A stretch of 63,794 nucleotides of DNA, filler included, from Lenisia limosa (Eukaryota; Protista; Breviatea), in the NCBI GenBank assembly GCA_001655205.1. It is 16 parts of 16 records of this genome, joined end to end, with 100 filler letters (N's around TTAATTAATTAA, not from the genome) between each part and the next. Parts side by side here need not be neighbours in the genome. Positions count along the whole stretch, not along the records: positions 20,877 to 28,043 come from LPNZ01009845.1; positions 28,144 to 29,803 come from LPNZ01008692.1; positions 29,904 to 37,808 come from LPNZ01001573.1; positions 37,909 to 39,035 come from LPNZ01002849.1; 12 more parts are not named here. One strand, 5' to 3'. Both the position numbers and the translations under genes were made by a program. Numbering within the stretch: the stretch's first letter is position 1; every line of letters starts with the position of its first letter. Under the pieces are notes generated by a model. That model did no database searches and was not told where the DNA came from. It worked only from the letters and a program-made list of their open reading frames with translations. Positions 25,852 to 38,947 of the stretch are shown piece after piece.

Positions 25852-26209
25852 GACTGGAGCCTGTATTCTGTTGTGTGGTGGGTGGGTGGAGGGTCTTGTG
25901 TAGTGGAGGTTTTATTGCAGATTACAACATTTCAGGCCGCGNNNNNNNNNNNNNNNNNNNNNNNNCTTTCTCTGCTGATGTGATATTTTAGAACACCCCC
26001 GCCCCAGAGGCCAGAAGGACTCACCAAAGGTCTCTCACTTTTTGTTTCAGTAACTTTCTTTGTACATGTACCAATACATCAAATTCGAATGGAATCATTA
26101 TTGCTGCTGATAAAAACAGAAGTATTTTTGTCTTTTTGTTCCTTCACCTGGTCAATCCATATCATATCTCTCTAATTGCTAGAATGAAACAATAAATACC
26201 CCAAAAGAA

Positions 26210-27781
26210 CTACTCCAAGAAATTAGAAGGCACCCAGCCGGCCAGCCCGTCATTGTTCTGTGCTTCCCACCTGGGGCAATAAGGGGGGGGGGGTCTACAA
26301 GGATACTTAAAAATCAACTCACGGTAACATATGAAAGGCGGGTTGAGGTGGGTGAACAGTTCTCCAATTAAAAACAAAAAAGATATATATAATATGTATC
26401 TCATATACTCCTATTCGGAAATTCAAGTTGGGCAAGATGTGGGTAACCCTTGACCTCCTTGACCTAGACATATCNNNNNNNNNNNNNNNNNNNNNNNNNN
26501 NNNNNNNNNNNNNNNCTCCATAAAAAATTTCCAATTTTACCCCAGCCGCAAACCATCCGGAGTCATCACGAGTCAAAATAAGGAGGCGATCACCTAAATA
26601 ATCAGAATCGGAACAATAATGATTTCAAGGATTGATGGAGAGAAATAAAACAAGGTTGTATGTGGCCGATTTCAAGGATTGATAACACTGTAAACTTTCA
26701 ACACAGTCCATAACAAATGGGCATATAGAAGCAAATACGGAATAATGGTAGACCGACCTTCTCGGATTGTGAGCTGTGAGTCGTCTTCAGCGTCGAAGTC
26801 GCCCATAGCTAGGCGGTGAAAGGCGTGTGTCACAAAGACGAGAATCGAGGGCATTGGTATGACTTTTTAGGAAGGATAATGGGCTCATGCAAAATTGTTA
26901 TGGCATAATATGATATGATATGATATGTAAAGACGAGAAGGGAACATCACGTGAAAGGTAAATATTGTGACAGGAGGATAAAGGGCAAACCTGTCATCCA
27001 GTCGCCCTCGGGCTCAGCAGCCACTTCAGCAGCAACTTCGGGGGTTTCTCCTCCTGAAGAAATGAAACGCGGGGGGAAGGGTTCAAAGTTGCATTGGGAG
27101 GACAACTGTGTGTTGTAGCGCTTCACTTCGGTTCAAAAATACCAATAAAATATCGATAGTTTTCGGGGATTTATCGAGAATTTCAGTCTTTTTTTGAACT
27201 GAAGTGGCATGGGAATAACAAGTATAATTTCAGTCTTTATTGTTAGCTTTAACCCCCCCCCCCTTGGAGTTTCAGACATTTGGTTCGTGGTTAGTACTTT
27301 TACGCCAACATTCTTCATCGATATTTCCTTCCTTACCATCATCCTCGAAGAAGTTGGAAGGGACCCATCCGATGTTGCCTGAGGCGTCTTCAGCCTCCCA
27401 CCTGAGCTGTCAACAATGTGTGGAATGGGAAATAAAAATGAAGTATCAGGATGAACATCTCCACAATCACAACGTGTATTGGGATACGCAATAGAATAGT
27501 ATTTGCATTGATTGCGATGGGATATGATAATAGCCCAGTGGTTTTATGACTGATATGAAAGACGAAGGTCTCGTGTTCGAGTCATGGACAAAAGACCTTT
27601 TTCAGGGGCTGAAAAGCGAGGGGTTGAAAAGCATGGGGTGGAAAAGCGTGATACCATTAGTATTTCAGCCCCCCCACCATCCAGAATCGTCCTTGGTCAG
27701 AATGGTAAATGCATCGCCAGTTTTGAAGGAAAGTTGTGAGTCGTCATCAGCGTCGAAGTCACCAAGAGCAAAGCATTGCTC
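26210..27781 (-). CDS. Tandem SH3-domain protein, C-terminal part
   Basis: EQCFALGDFDADDDSQLSFKTGDAFTILTKDDSGW|WEAEDASGNIGWVPSNFFEDD| linker |AMGDFDAEDDSQLTIREG|...TRDDSGW|WEAQNNDGLAGWVPSNFLE*. Confidence 0.92.
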
Positions 27782-28149
27782 CTGGGGAAGAATGTAAGAA
27801 CAAGTTTTGTAAAGTGAAGCATATCCAGATCAGTTAAAAAATTCGATAAAAACATTTTACTAAGATATAAACAAGAATCCACTCACTCCCTTCGGTTCGG
27901 GTTCGGGAACGGGTGCCTGAAAAATAAGTCCGAATTTTACACTTCATCGAAAATAGATGAATGGGTAGAAAAGTACAGTGACTGGGATAAGTCTTGACCC
28001 GACTTTTCACGTAATTTCCCTGGGAAAATCGGTCATGACGTAGNNNNNNNNNNNNNNNNNNNNNNNNNNNNNNNNNNNNNNNNNNNNTTAATTAATTAAN
28101 NNNNNNNNNNNNNNNNNNNNNNNNNNNNNNNNNNNNNNNNNNNAACAAA

Positions 28150-28735
28150 TAAACCCCCGAGAATACCGCCAGCTGCCGGAGGGGGGGGTGCAGTGGGTCC
28201 TCCACTTGGGGGGGGGACTACATAATGAGCAACATGTGTCCAGAGAGAATACTTACCAGGGGCAGCGGTGCTTACAGCCGAGAAAGCAGTGATGGGAGCT
28301 GCTGCGTTAACGTCATAAACAAGAGCAATAAAAAAATTCAAATTGCTGCAGCCTCCCACCTTTTGCACCCGGACCGGCAGTGACGGAGCTGATCTGGACC
28401 TGGGAGGTGAGGAGGATGTTTCCGTGCTAAGGTAACGCAACCAACCTTGATGACGTCATCGACTTCAGTTGGGGAGTAGTAGATGGGCTGAGCCGTGGCT
28501 TGGCGGGCCACTGACGACAGCCGCGCAAACGCTTGACTGTGTCGCAGACGGAACCACACAACCTTCCTAAACAGGTAAGGCGGAAAAGGCTAAGCAATCA
28601 TACTTGTGGAAGCTGAGGAGGGGGCCCACTGGCGTGCCGGAAGCCTTTTGGACATTGAAGACATGTGTGGAAAAGTCGAACGTCTCAAAGTGCTCGCGTT
28701 GGCCAAGGAAGTACACGAAGGCCGCTCCTCCCCAC
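28150..28735 (-). CDS. Unknown multi-exon protein fragment
   Basis: Exons with GT-AG ends read WGGAAFVYFLGQREHFETFDFSTHVFNVQKASG, QPIYYSPTEVDDVIK|HGNILLTSQVQISSVTAGPGAK and VYDVNAAAPITAFSAVSTAAP. No family recognised. Confidence 0.4.
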
Positions 28736-30109
28736 TGAACGGTCACTCATCATTAGGTTATGTTTTAAGGGACAGATGATTCTAGGAATCATCATTATTG
28801 GTTACGTGGCCAAGGAAGTACACGAAGGCCGCTCCTCCCCACTGAACGGTCACTCATCATTAGGTTATGTTTTAAGGGACAGATGATTCTAGGAATCATC
28901 ATTATTGGTTACGTTTTATTCAGGGAGAGACGCTGTGATTATGTTTTATTTTTATTATTTTAATCGTAATCACCCTGCCCCATGTCTTTCACAATCCTTG
29001 ATATTGATGCTCTTAAAACCCCACCAGGTAAACTCTTGGAAAGTTGACATATCGATTTGCATTTTTTCCAATTAATTGGCTCATTTGTTGATTTCTGTTA
29101 AAGAATATAATTGTGAGTGGTCAAATCATGTTCAATCCCCCCAAAAAATGGCCCGACACCACCTTAATGTGTAGTCTTCTTGCTCTCAAAAAAAAAAAAA
29201 AATCCTGATAAGCGCTTCAAGCGATTAGCCTTTCNNNNNNNNNNNNNNNNNNNNNNNNNNNNNNNNNNNNNNNNNNNNNNNNNNNNNNNNNNNNNNNNNN
29301 NNNNNNNNNNNNNNNNNNNNNNNNNNNNNNNNNNNNNNNNTCCTTCCCGACACTCTGCCAACCCGCTCCTAGTGGGCGTCCTTCTCCGACAAGGCATAAC
29401 GAACCTCTGCCATTTTTGCACCTCCTGCGCCCATCCGCACCTATTAGGCTTACCCAACGGAAGGAAACGCTGCCCTCCAGGTGTTCAACAAGAACCTTGT
29501 GGGAAGCGAGACAGTCCACATCACCCTTCCAAGTACCTCCTTTGTCTTCAGCCCTTCTAACAGCTCCAACCACAACACCGAGCCCATTTTCCAGCCACCA
29601 CCTACCTTTCCATGACTTGTTGGAATATTCCCGCTGACGACCTCACCCAATATGGGATTGACGCTGAATTTCTGAAATTCCTCCCGAAACTGATGGTTGC
29701 ACACTCTAAGTCCATGATGTGAGTGAGACCTTCGGTGTGAGCTATCCGGAGGTTGCGACCCCCCCGCACCCCCGTTAATCCCACGCACTGCTGCCTTCCA
29801 ACCNNNNNNNNNNNNNNNNNNNNNNNNNNNNNNNNNNNNNNNNNNNNTTAATTAATTAANNNNNNNNNNNNNNNNNNNNNNNNNNNNNNNNNNNNNNNNN
29901 NNNCTTTACTGGTGATTCTAAATATTAGATTAAGTAAGTGCTAATGATGCAAAACAAGACTAAGTTAGCAAACTTTTTGTGGGCTTTTTGGGAGAAGTTC
30001 CTTTCTTCTTTGGTGAAGCTTGGCGGACAGCTATAATTGTATATATTAAAGTGATAGAAAGCGACCAGCGAATTGCATACCTTGAGCTTCAGCCTGTTTC
30101 TTCCTCTTC

Positions 30110-30764
30110 ATGTCCACATTGGACAAGGAAAAGGCGAAGAAACCAATAATTTTTTACCGAAAAAGAAGCTGGTATTTGAAAAACGTTATGTTCCGAGTGT
30201 TTGTTCGTGACGATGTTCTGCCAGGTGCAGATCTGACTTTCCTTACCCCCCAATTGCATAATTGTGCGTTAGTCAAAAACGTATTCCCGTCAGTTGCAGT
30301 AATGAAAGCCATTTCCAAGAAGTTTCACGAAGCTACAGTACTATGCGATAGAACTAAACTCCAAAAGCCTGATGTCTTTTCGTTGCATCGCATTTATTTA
30401 ACAAAAAGTGAATCTTCGAACATTTCCCTTTCTATAAAACCTCTCTTCACTGAACTCTCTGATGAAATCCATCTGCTTGATGGAAAAGCAATTAAATGGG
30501 AAATACCAGAAATCGTTTTATAGGATCAGAATTTCTGGCCAAGGAATTAAAAAGATAGATCCTTCTGGTGCATTTATCCAAGGTTCTTCTGGATCATCTA
30601 TCGTAGAATTGAAGTACCATGAGACTGAAAAAGCTGTGTATGTGAATTTTATTGGTATTGTTTTGGGACACATGGTTGAACTCGACAATAACAACCCTGT
30701 TATCTTTTATGATATTGCAGGAAAGCGTGAGTTGAACGATCAAATTATTTTCCCTATAATTTGA
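30110..30764 (+). pseudogene. Intronless ORF pair joined by a 1-nt frameshift, possible trypsin-like serine protease domain
   Basis: ORFs 30110-30523 and 30462-30764 join if one T is removed from the run at 30516-30519. Motifs GADLTFL and IQGSSGSSIV resemble the catalytic Asp and Ser contexts. No His motif seen. Confidence 0.33.
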
Positions 30765-32065
30765 ATGATTTGGTTTTGTAAAATATATCTACATCCACCT
30801 TTCCAAAGTGTGTCCATTATGTGTACTCAATATCCGTTAAGAACAAACATAAGAGTTCTAAATACAATGGTCTAAGTTATGGTAATATCATACATAATAT
30901 CATATACTATGAACTCATCGCTATCGAAGATGTAACTCTATTATCCTTTATATGTGTTGAGAGTTTCAGTTGCTAATTTGCAAACCTATGTTAAACTATC
31001 TCGTACAGATTCCATTTAGAATTTAGTCAGCGTTGACTTTTTATCGAATCGGGAAATACATCAGCGCATTTGATATGAGGCACATTTCCGAACGTTTACA
31101 GATCTTAATGATGTTATGTAACAAGTTATGGGGGGAGGCGGGAACTCAAATCAAGAACGATTCGATTTTAAGTTTGACGTCTCGCTGGTACTATTTTATG
31201 TCACAGCTATTCCGCCAAATATTATTTTATGATTTCATCAATGTTATTTTTGAGAGTTCAGAATCGCCAGAACACAGAGACTCAACTTAAGCTCATAAGA
31301 CCTTAAAACGGAGGGGTGTCCCATTTTTTCATATCTCATAAGTATCCCCTGTCCTTGATATATATACACACATATTACCATATAACACACACTTCTTAAT
31401 CATATGTCCATATTTAAATTCATTTCGAAGATCAGTAAACATTCCCTATGTCCCCCAACTCACGCCAACGCTGCCGACCTCCACCTCCACCTCCCTAGTG
31501 AGTCCGCTATCATCTCTTCATTACTTGATTTTTTTAAAAAAAAAACAGAAGGTCAGCCCACTTTTTAACTCCTTTCAGAAATGGTCAAAAGGTGAGCTAT
31601 GGTCAAGAGATGGCCACATAAGCCCCAAGGTTTGTGTTCTGTTTTGTCATTGAAGTTTTTTTTACTGTTTAAGGTGAAGTTCACTTCCCGAAATACCCCC
31701 CCCCCCGNNNNNNNNNNNNNNNNNNNNNNNNNNNNNNNNNNNNNNNNNNNNNNNNNNNNNNNNNNNNNNNNNNNNNNNNNNNNNNNNNNNNNNNNNNNNN
31801 NNNNNNNNNNNNNNNNNNNNNNNNNNNNNNNNNNNNNNNNNNNNNNNNNATATCAGCTTCTGGACACCGACCCGGTTTGTATTATATTGATTGATATTGT
31901 ACCAACATACATATATTTCCCAATTCTAATTCTGCAGAAGAGTGCAAAGAAGGTCACAAGTAGAGTGTAATGTATGTATGATATGTGGATTTTATGAAAC
32001 AATACCTAATGACAATAAGTGACATATAATATGATATATAATATATTGTACCATCATATGATGAA

Positions 32066-32148
32066 AAAAAAACAATTTGTAAGGCATGGGAATTGAACCC
32101 ACCATTTGATTCGTAAGAACCCCTACCCTGTTGGCCTCACCGACTGGT
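32066..32148 (-). ncRNA. Degenerate tRNA-like (pseudo-tRNA or SINE head) sequence
   Basis: T-arm GTGGGTTCAATTCCCAT followed by an oligo-T run. Acceptor and anticodon stems do not pair well. Confidence 0.3.
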
Positions 32149-32422
32149 GTTTTTTAAAATTGGTAAATTATTATTATAATGAAAGCAATAACCACAGGTA
32201 TATTTGACAGCCGCATAGGTTAAACAAACCACCACATTTACAGAAAATAGCTTGCACAAAAAAAAGGGGGGGGGGNNNNNNNNNNNNNNNNNNNNNNNNN
32301 NNNNNNNNNNNNNNNNNNNNNNNNNNNNNNNNNNNNNNNNNNNNNNNNNNNNNNNNNNNNGAAATGTTAAATATAAAAAAACCTACCCAATTTAAACATG
32401 AGCAAGTAGAAAATATCAAAAT

Positions 32423-32960
32423 CTATTTCATCTGAAGAGGCTCCTTTGGTAACCTATTCCAACCGTGTGCTGAGTTTGCCAACATGGGGGATGGCTTTTG
32501 AATACTCTTTTTCTTTTGGGCTTCTTTGGTGTCTTTGTCGTACTGAAGAACCAATGATGTTGCATCAAGGTCATCATGATTATATATGTTGAATGTCTGT
32601 GTTACAATATGAAACTTTTTATCGGGCACAACTTTTAGATGAATATACTGGAAGGTATTTAAAAAAATCATGAAGAGTTGGTGTTCCAGCAATTGTTTTT
32701 AAGTACGAAAAGAAATTTTCAACAATATCTGTAGATTTAAACCTGTAATTACATGGAGATGCCAAAGCGGCTGGATTATGATGATACTTTAAAGGTCCTA
32801 TTGTTCCAAAATGAAATGTTACAGCAAATTGGTCAAAGTAATAGTTCCTAACGCCTGGATTTGAATGATTAGCCTTTGAAAAAACCATTTTCTGGCAGGT
32901 TTAACCCGATCTAATCGTTGTTTTTGAGAAAGTCCTCGCTGGTCTTGAGCGTCATAAATG
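32423..32960 (-). pseudogene. Possible decayed Tc1/IS630-like DDE transposase
   Basis: Frameshifted fragments LSQKQRLDRVKPARKW, HFGTIGPLKY, VENFFSYLK and LVLQYDKD occur in roughly Tc1-like order. Weak similarity. Confidence 0.33.
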
Positions 32961-33709
32961 TCTCTTGTATATTGTATGATTTGTTACAAAAAGCACATTT
33001 ACAATCTTCCTCTGGGGAAAATTAGTTTCGTCCAACCTTTTCAGATTGTCCAGAATAGCATCAACTAAAGACAGATACATCTGACTCAGTAGACACCGAG
33101 ATGTCGTCGTAGTAGATTGAAATAGAGAGCACAACTACATGTGTCAGAGTCAGATATTGAAGGCAGCGTGACTGCAAACAAAGGAAACTTTTATCTATTG
33201 AGTAAAACTACAGAGTAAGTCGAAAGGAATGGTGATGATAGGTGGGAAAATACAAAATGACAAAAGGGGCAAGTGGGAGGGGGGATAAGTCTTGAATTGG
33301 AGCAAAAAATTCCTGTTTTCCGATGAGCTGCATTTTAAACAACCATAACAACAGTTAGAGGGGAGCATAGGAAGGTAATAATGCAAAATTTCCACTTTTC
33401 ATCTCGACTTTCGCTCGACTCTCTCGCTTTATTTACTTAATACAGTATTTAAAACATGTCCATCCCGTTTCCGAACCGATTTCTGACATTTCCTTCGGAG
33501 GCAGCCCATTTTCAGGATTCCCATGGGGGGGTGAACTACCCTGTAACTTATTGATATTTATACCACTTTGATACCCCTAGGCCTGCCTGTCTTACACCCT
33601 CCCTTGGAGCAAACAATGGTATGACCCCACCGTTCTTATGAATGATGGCTTACATGTTATAAACTTACCCCTAGCATCACCCCAATGCAGCTTCTTTTAT
33701 CGTCCTTAG

Positions 33710-36474
33710 ATGCGAGCAGTCCTCACCACAATTCTGGTGTTGATTGGATCAGCGCTTGCAGGGCTGCCGAGGATATCTATTGACCAAAAAGGCAACTTTG
33801 TGGACAATAAAGGTGGGCTTCGAAAAAATGAATATATAATGCTGCAAATGATGAAATGATCAGAATCTCATCCGATTTTTCTATTACGCATTTTTAAGTC
33901 GTTTATGAGTCTATCTGACTGATATTTTATAACATCCTAGAGCTTAGATTACGTGATTTTGTAGATGGCTTCAGCCAGATGCCCCCTTTTTATTATATTC
34001 AATCACATTGAAGGCTACATCAAGCAGTTTCATGGGGTCAATGCTGTTTACAAAATTGCGCCTTATCTTCCTCAAACATCTCACTTTGACGCAAAGTAGG
34101 ATTTTGTTAGTTTATATCAACCTCTCTACTCTTGTCTGCTAACTTCTCTTAATGGAGTTTTACGGGTGTATCTTTTTCAAACCTTTATTTTCTGGTGCAA
34201 CCCTGTCCAACAGAAAATCAACAGCCCAAATTAGATGCAAATCTTAATTTCACTCTCACATTTGTAGAACCTCCATAAGTGCGGAAGATATAGCCGATAT
34301 GAAATCATGGGGCTTCACTGCGGTAAAGGGGGTTATTACCCTGACTTCTTTATTCAGCGAAAAGGAGGTATTTACTGCCTTGTTTAAGAGTATTACCTAC
34401 TCACCAAACACCCATATTAACTCCACGGTAGCACCTTACGTATCAGGGAACTGGGCGCTTAGTGGGCAAGTGCCACAAGTTCCCTGATACGTACTGTATA
34501 TCACTTCATTGTTTTACATTTGCGCGTTGTGTTGGGCTGAATGGTTTTCTCACTCTTTAGATTCGTCTTGGTGTACTATGGAACGCTGTAGAGGTACTGG
34601 TGATTATTTTCGCGCATATTGAAAATGAAAAGTGTATCAATTGAATTGAAGCCATCCAAACCGTCACATTTACCCTTACTAAGCATAATGTAGCACTAAA
34701 AGTGAGCCCCCATTATTATGCTGTAGATATTGACCACAGAAGTATTCCTTATAACCTTACAGCCCTCCCCTGGCGTGTACAACAAAACATATTTGGCCGC
34801 CGCTAGACAATTGATTTCGGATCTTGGTGGGGTGGGGGTGAGATGTGAGCTTCACTTCGGCTCGAAAAAAATCGATAAAATATCGATATTTTTCGAAGAT
34901 TTATCGAGAAATTCAGTGCTTTTTTCGAACCGAAGTGAAGCCCTCATGGACATAATATACTTTCTGATAGTATTGAAGCCCACCATCAGCATTAACCTAT
35001 TAGGTACAGCCGGCATCTACACTATTGTGGACTTCCACCAGGACCTTGGCCATCGGCAGTGGTGTGGTGAAGGAGTGGGGGGGGGGGGNNNNNNNNNNNN
35101 NNNNNNNNNNNNNNNNNNNNNNNNNNNNNNNNNNNNNNNNNNNNNNNNNNNNNNNNNNNNNNNNNNNNNNNNNNNNGGAAAGAAATGATTGCACAGGTAA
35201 AGAGGTAATGAATGAGACACGTGAGGGGGTGGATACCATGATTTCGGAATCGAACCAATAATAAACACCTTTTTGAGCGGGGTATTTTGTGACACCAAGC
35301 AAAACCGCTCACAAGTCTCTCCCCTCACAGTTCCCTGATTCTGTTCCCAAGTGTGTGGCTGATTCGATTGCTGAAACTCCTTTCCCGGAGCCAATGGCAA
35401 AGCACCCCTATCCAGTTGATGAAAATGGTGGGGATGGGTCCTTTCCCTCATCTATATTTCTGATATTTTGTTTTTATAAATCACATTTTATACTCCCCTT
35501 CCAGGCAATCCTTCCCTTGACGATTGTCTGGCTAAAGCGTTTGGGCTGTACTACCCCTCAAAGGCCGTGGTATGGGGGGGGGGGTGAATGTCGGAAACCG
35601 TATCAATATTTGAGATATTACTCGAAAATGTCATATTACTCTCCTCAAATAATTCATTTATTCCTTTCTATATGATATTTTATCAAAGGTTATCTCGTCA
35701 ACGGCACCTTTATTAGCATAATTAGTGGGCCGTTATTTATTTTTTATTGTTAAACCATCACCACTGTTTGCCCCAGTAACTCTATAGTCAAAGGGCTTCC
35801 AAGCCATTTACGATAACAAATGCCAGCTCAGTGGGTTGGATCCAATCTTGTTTGCAACATGATTAGGAATTTTGTTTCTTGAATGCCAGTGGAATTTATT
35901 AAACTCAAACTTTACATCATTTTGTATCTTGCCTGTTTTTATTTTTTCTGAATCCTTGAGCGTATGTTTTGTTCTATCCCTAGATTTATTTTAGTCTTCT
36001 CCTCTATCTCTTATTGATATCAACCTAGGGGACCAACTTGCTAAGTCATGGGGTGCAGTAGCTTTTGCCTTCCAAGGCATGCCTGAAGTCTTGGTGGGTT
36101 TGTAAGACCAATATGAGTTAAACCGAGCCCAACCCCTTCACATTTTCATTTACCAGGGATACGATATCATCAATGAGCCATGGATGGGAGACTTTTACAA
36201 GCACTGGGAGGTTTGCTCCCATTTGTACCAGGGGATAGGGTAGAGGAGCCAGCAGGATGCTGATATAATACGATGTCTTTTAGTTTGTTGTTCTCTTCAG
36301 AGAGTAGCTCGTGTATATCGCCATTGAACGGACGAATATTTTTTCAAAAAATTGAAATCCTCTTTTTGCTTTGCATTTGAATTTCAAAATGATTCTGTAG
36401 AACGTTATCCCGGGGCACGTTGACAGAAAGTACCTTCAGCCCCTTTACCAACAAGTTGCCAAGCAAATCAGAAA
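33710..36474 (+). CDS. Endoglycoceramidase-like glycoside hydrolase family 5, secreted, multi-exon, 3' end not resolved
   Basis: Signal peptide MRAVLTTILVLIGSALAG; FHGVNAVYK; DMKSWGFTA|IRLGVLWNAVE|PSPGVYNKTYL; GIYTIVDFHQD; acid/base motif GYDIINEPW at 36157-36183; YLQPLYQQVAKQIRK. Confidence 0.9.
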
Positions 36475-38269
36475 GTGAGATTTTGGTATTTTGGTTTGGT
36501 TGGAAAGTGGAAAGCTTGTACTGTTGTGGGCCCTAAACTCATAGTTTTTTTAAAGAATAACAGGAACATAGATTTACTAGGTAGTCTATAAAACTTCAAT
36601 TTTTGTCAGTTTCAGATGAGGCCAGCAGCTATGTATGTGTAATCGATATTTTGGAAGATATCGTGGCTTGGGTGTCAAACAGGCGGGGGGATGTAAAAGG
36701 CCATCTTTGATTTCATGAAATATTATTGATGTGCTAGTTGATCAATTGCAATACAAAGCCCCCCAAATATACACGCTGTGATGGTCATTTTTGCTACTTT
36801 TTCGGGCAATATGGTAGAAAGGGGTCGGCTCTACACGATGAGGGGTCCAGGGAATTTTGAAAGAACAATAAATGTATTTATAAAAGACTCTAAAACACAC
36901 TCAGTACAAAGGAAAGAGGAAAAGGACAAGAAACCATCAAATCAACAATTAGACGACTAGTGGCGGTGAGGGACATGGACACCAAGAATTGGCAAGGTGG
37001 ATCTAGGCACTAAAAAGTGCAAACCTTTTTAAGGTTTCACGAAGCGAATAGGAATGGAATTTAATTTGTTATAAATCAAATTGAAGAAAAATGGGAAAGG
37101 AAAAAAGAATGGGAGGGAGAGAAAAATACTGCCGTGCGAGTGGAGACTTAAGAGGATAGGAAGACGGAAGTGTAGATGGTGAGGCTATTCTCGGTGAGAT
37201 AATTGAGATAGGCAGAGAAGGGCAGACCGGACCGTGGAAGGTCATAGTAGGGGACTTAGTGAGGTGGTTTCCTGCGACACCTCGGGCTATTCTGTACTCG
37301 AAAACTGTCGGGGACTTGGGTCTCTTTTGACGAATGGGAGAGGGTGAAATCGAAGGTGACAGAGACGGAGAAAGAGTATAGAATCAGGTCACCGGCGGGG
37401 GAGATCTGGGGAAACATTCATTCTGTAACAATAGTAGCGAAAATTTTCGATATTTCGGAAAAAACTTGAATCGGAAATGAAATAGGTGGTTTAGGTTTCG
37501 GCTACGGTCATACTCTGGGGGTCATCGCGCATCCCGTCCGCTCTGCGAACGCAAGCCCCAGCAGGCCTTGGTAGTACTGACGTCGGAGACGAGTCGGGAA
37601 GGCAGGGTACTGTAGTTTTTTTTCTTTTTTTTTCTTTTTCTTTTTTTTTCTTCTTTTCTTTTCTTTTTTTTCTTTTTTCTCCACAGCTCTGACTGAATAG
37701 AGTTGTCTTATTTCTTGCAGGTATGACTCCGAGGGGCTTATTTTCTTCGAGCAATCAACTACTGACGTTCTCACGCCCATTTTCGAAGGGTTGGCTGGGC
37801 ATTGATTCNNNNNNNNNNNNNNNNNNNNNNNNNNNNNNNNNNNNNNNNNNNNTTAATTAATTAANNNNNNNNNNNNNNNNNNNNNNNNNNNNNNNNNNNN
37901 NNNNNNNNTATTAATCTAACCACCAAACATACCACACCGCTTGACCATACACCTCCTGACCCCCTTTACTCGAACCATATCATTTTTGCGTCGTTTTCAT
38001 GAATGAGAAATATTATTTTCCACAGTAATATGATACCTCATTTCCACCTGGCCATTTGTGACGATCACAGATCCGGTTCGGTTCGCAACCGATCAGGGTC
38101 GTTGTCAAAGTCCGGATCGACTGAAAGTCTCCATGATACCAAGACAAAACGAGAGAGGTGGGGTGGCCATAAGAGTATTTCATCTTAACGAAATTACTAA
38201 GATCAAACACCGTCACAATAAACAAGTAGTGCTTTCGCTTACTGAAGTATGGACTCATTTCACCCCTCA

Positions 38270-38947
38270 GATCCGGTTCGATATTCCGACGTAAGAAGGA
38301 GGCTGAGCCCCCTACCCCTGAAGAGGAGACAGATTCTGACTTGTCGCAGTGGAAGGGTAAGGTCACCTGTTTTGATACTTCCACTGTGGATAATTACCTA
38401 GGGCTTCCCTACCCGAAACAGACCGTTAAAATATCGATATTTCTCGAGGATTTATCGAGAAATTTGGTCTTTTTTGGACAGGAGGAAAGTCCTACTCATA
38501 TCTCTATATATTTACCCCTCACCTTCCAGGTCACGTGCGTTTGTTCCCGAGTATTCCCCTACCCCGCAACACGCCTACAGCCCAGTCCGTCCTTATCCCT
38601 GACCGAGGATTCTCGACTGCTGACCTACACCAGGACTTAGAGGTGGATTACTATTGCCTTGTTGATATCATTCTCTACCAGTTCATTGAGCTCACTTACC
38701 ACCCCAAACAATATATTTACCAAATCTAGAGATAGTACTTTCTGTATTAGGAAGCGTACATGTACTTACCATATTAGGAAACGAACTTACTATATTAGGA
38801 AGAGGACGAGCCGGCCACTAAGGATAACAAGGACAACGTTCCAGCCTTCCAACAGTCCATTGGCGACTGTGTCGGCCTGGCTTGGATCGCGGCGGTGGCA
38901 AAGGAGAGTCTTGCAATGGTGGAAGACGGATTCCAGGGTCCTGAAGG
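38270..38947 (+). CDS. Possible calpain-like (papain-fold) cysteine protease fragment
   Basis: Three in-frame exons ending in DNKDNVPAFQQSIGDCVGLAWIAAVAKESLAMVEDGFQGPE, which resembles the calpain QGxLGDCWxLAAxA motif. Cys at 38868-38870. Confidence 0.42.

Noticed and set aside
28246-28262. ATACTTACCAGG resembling the U1 snRNA 5' end
   Set aside because: It is the reverse complement of a 5' splice site (CTGGTAAGTAT) of the minus-strand gene, and no other U1 features follow.
29340-29788. C-rich stretch as a retrotransposon RT or zf-RVT fragment
   Set aside because: No frame gives a diagnostic motif, and the scaffold is too short.
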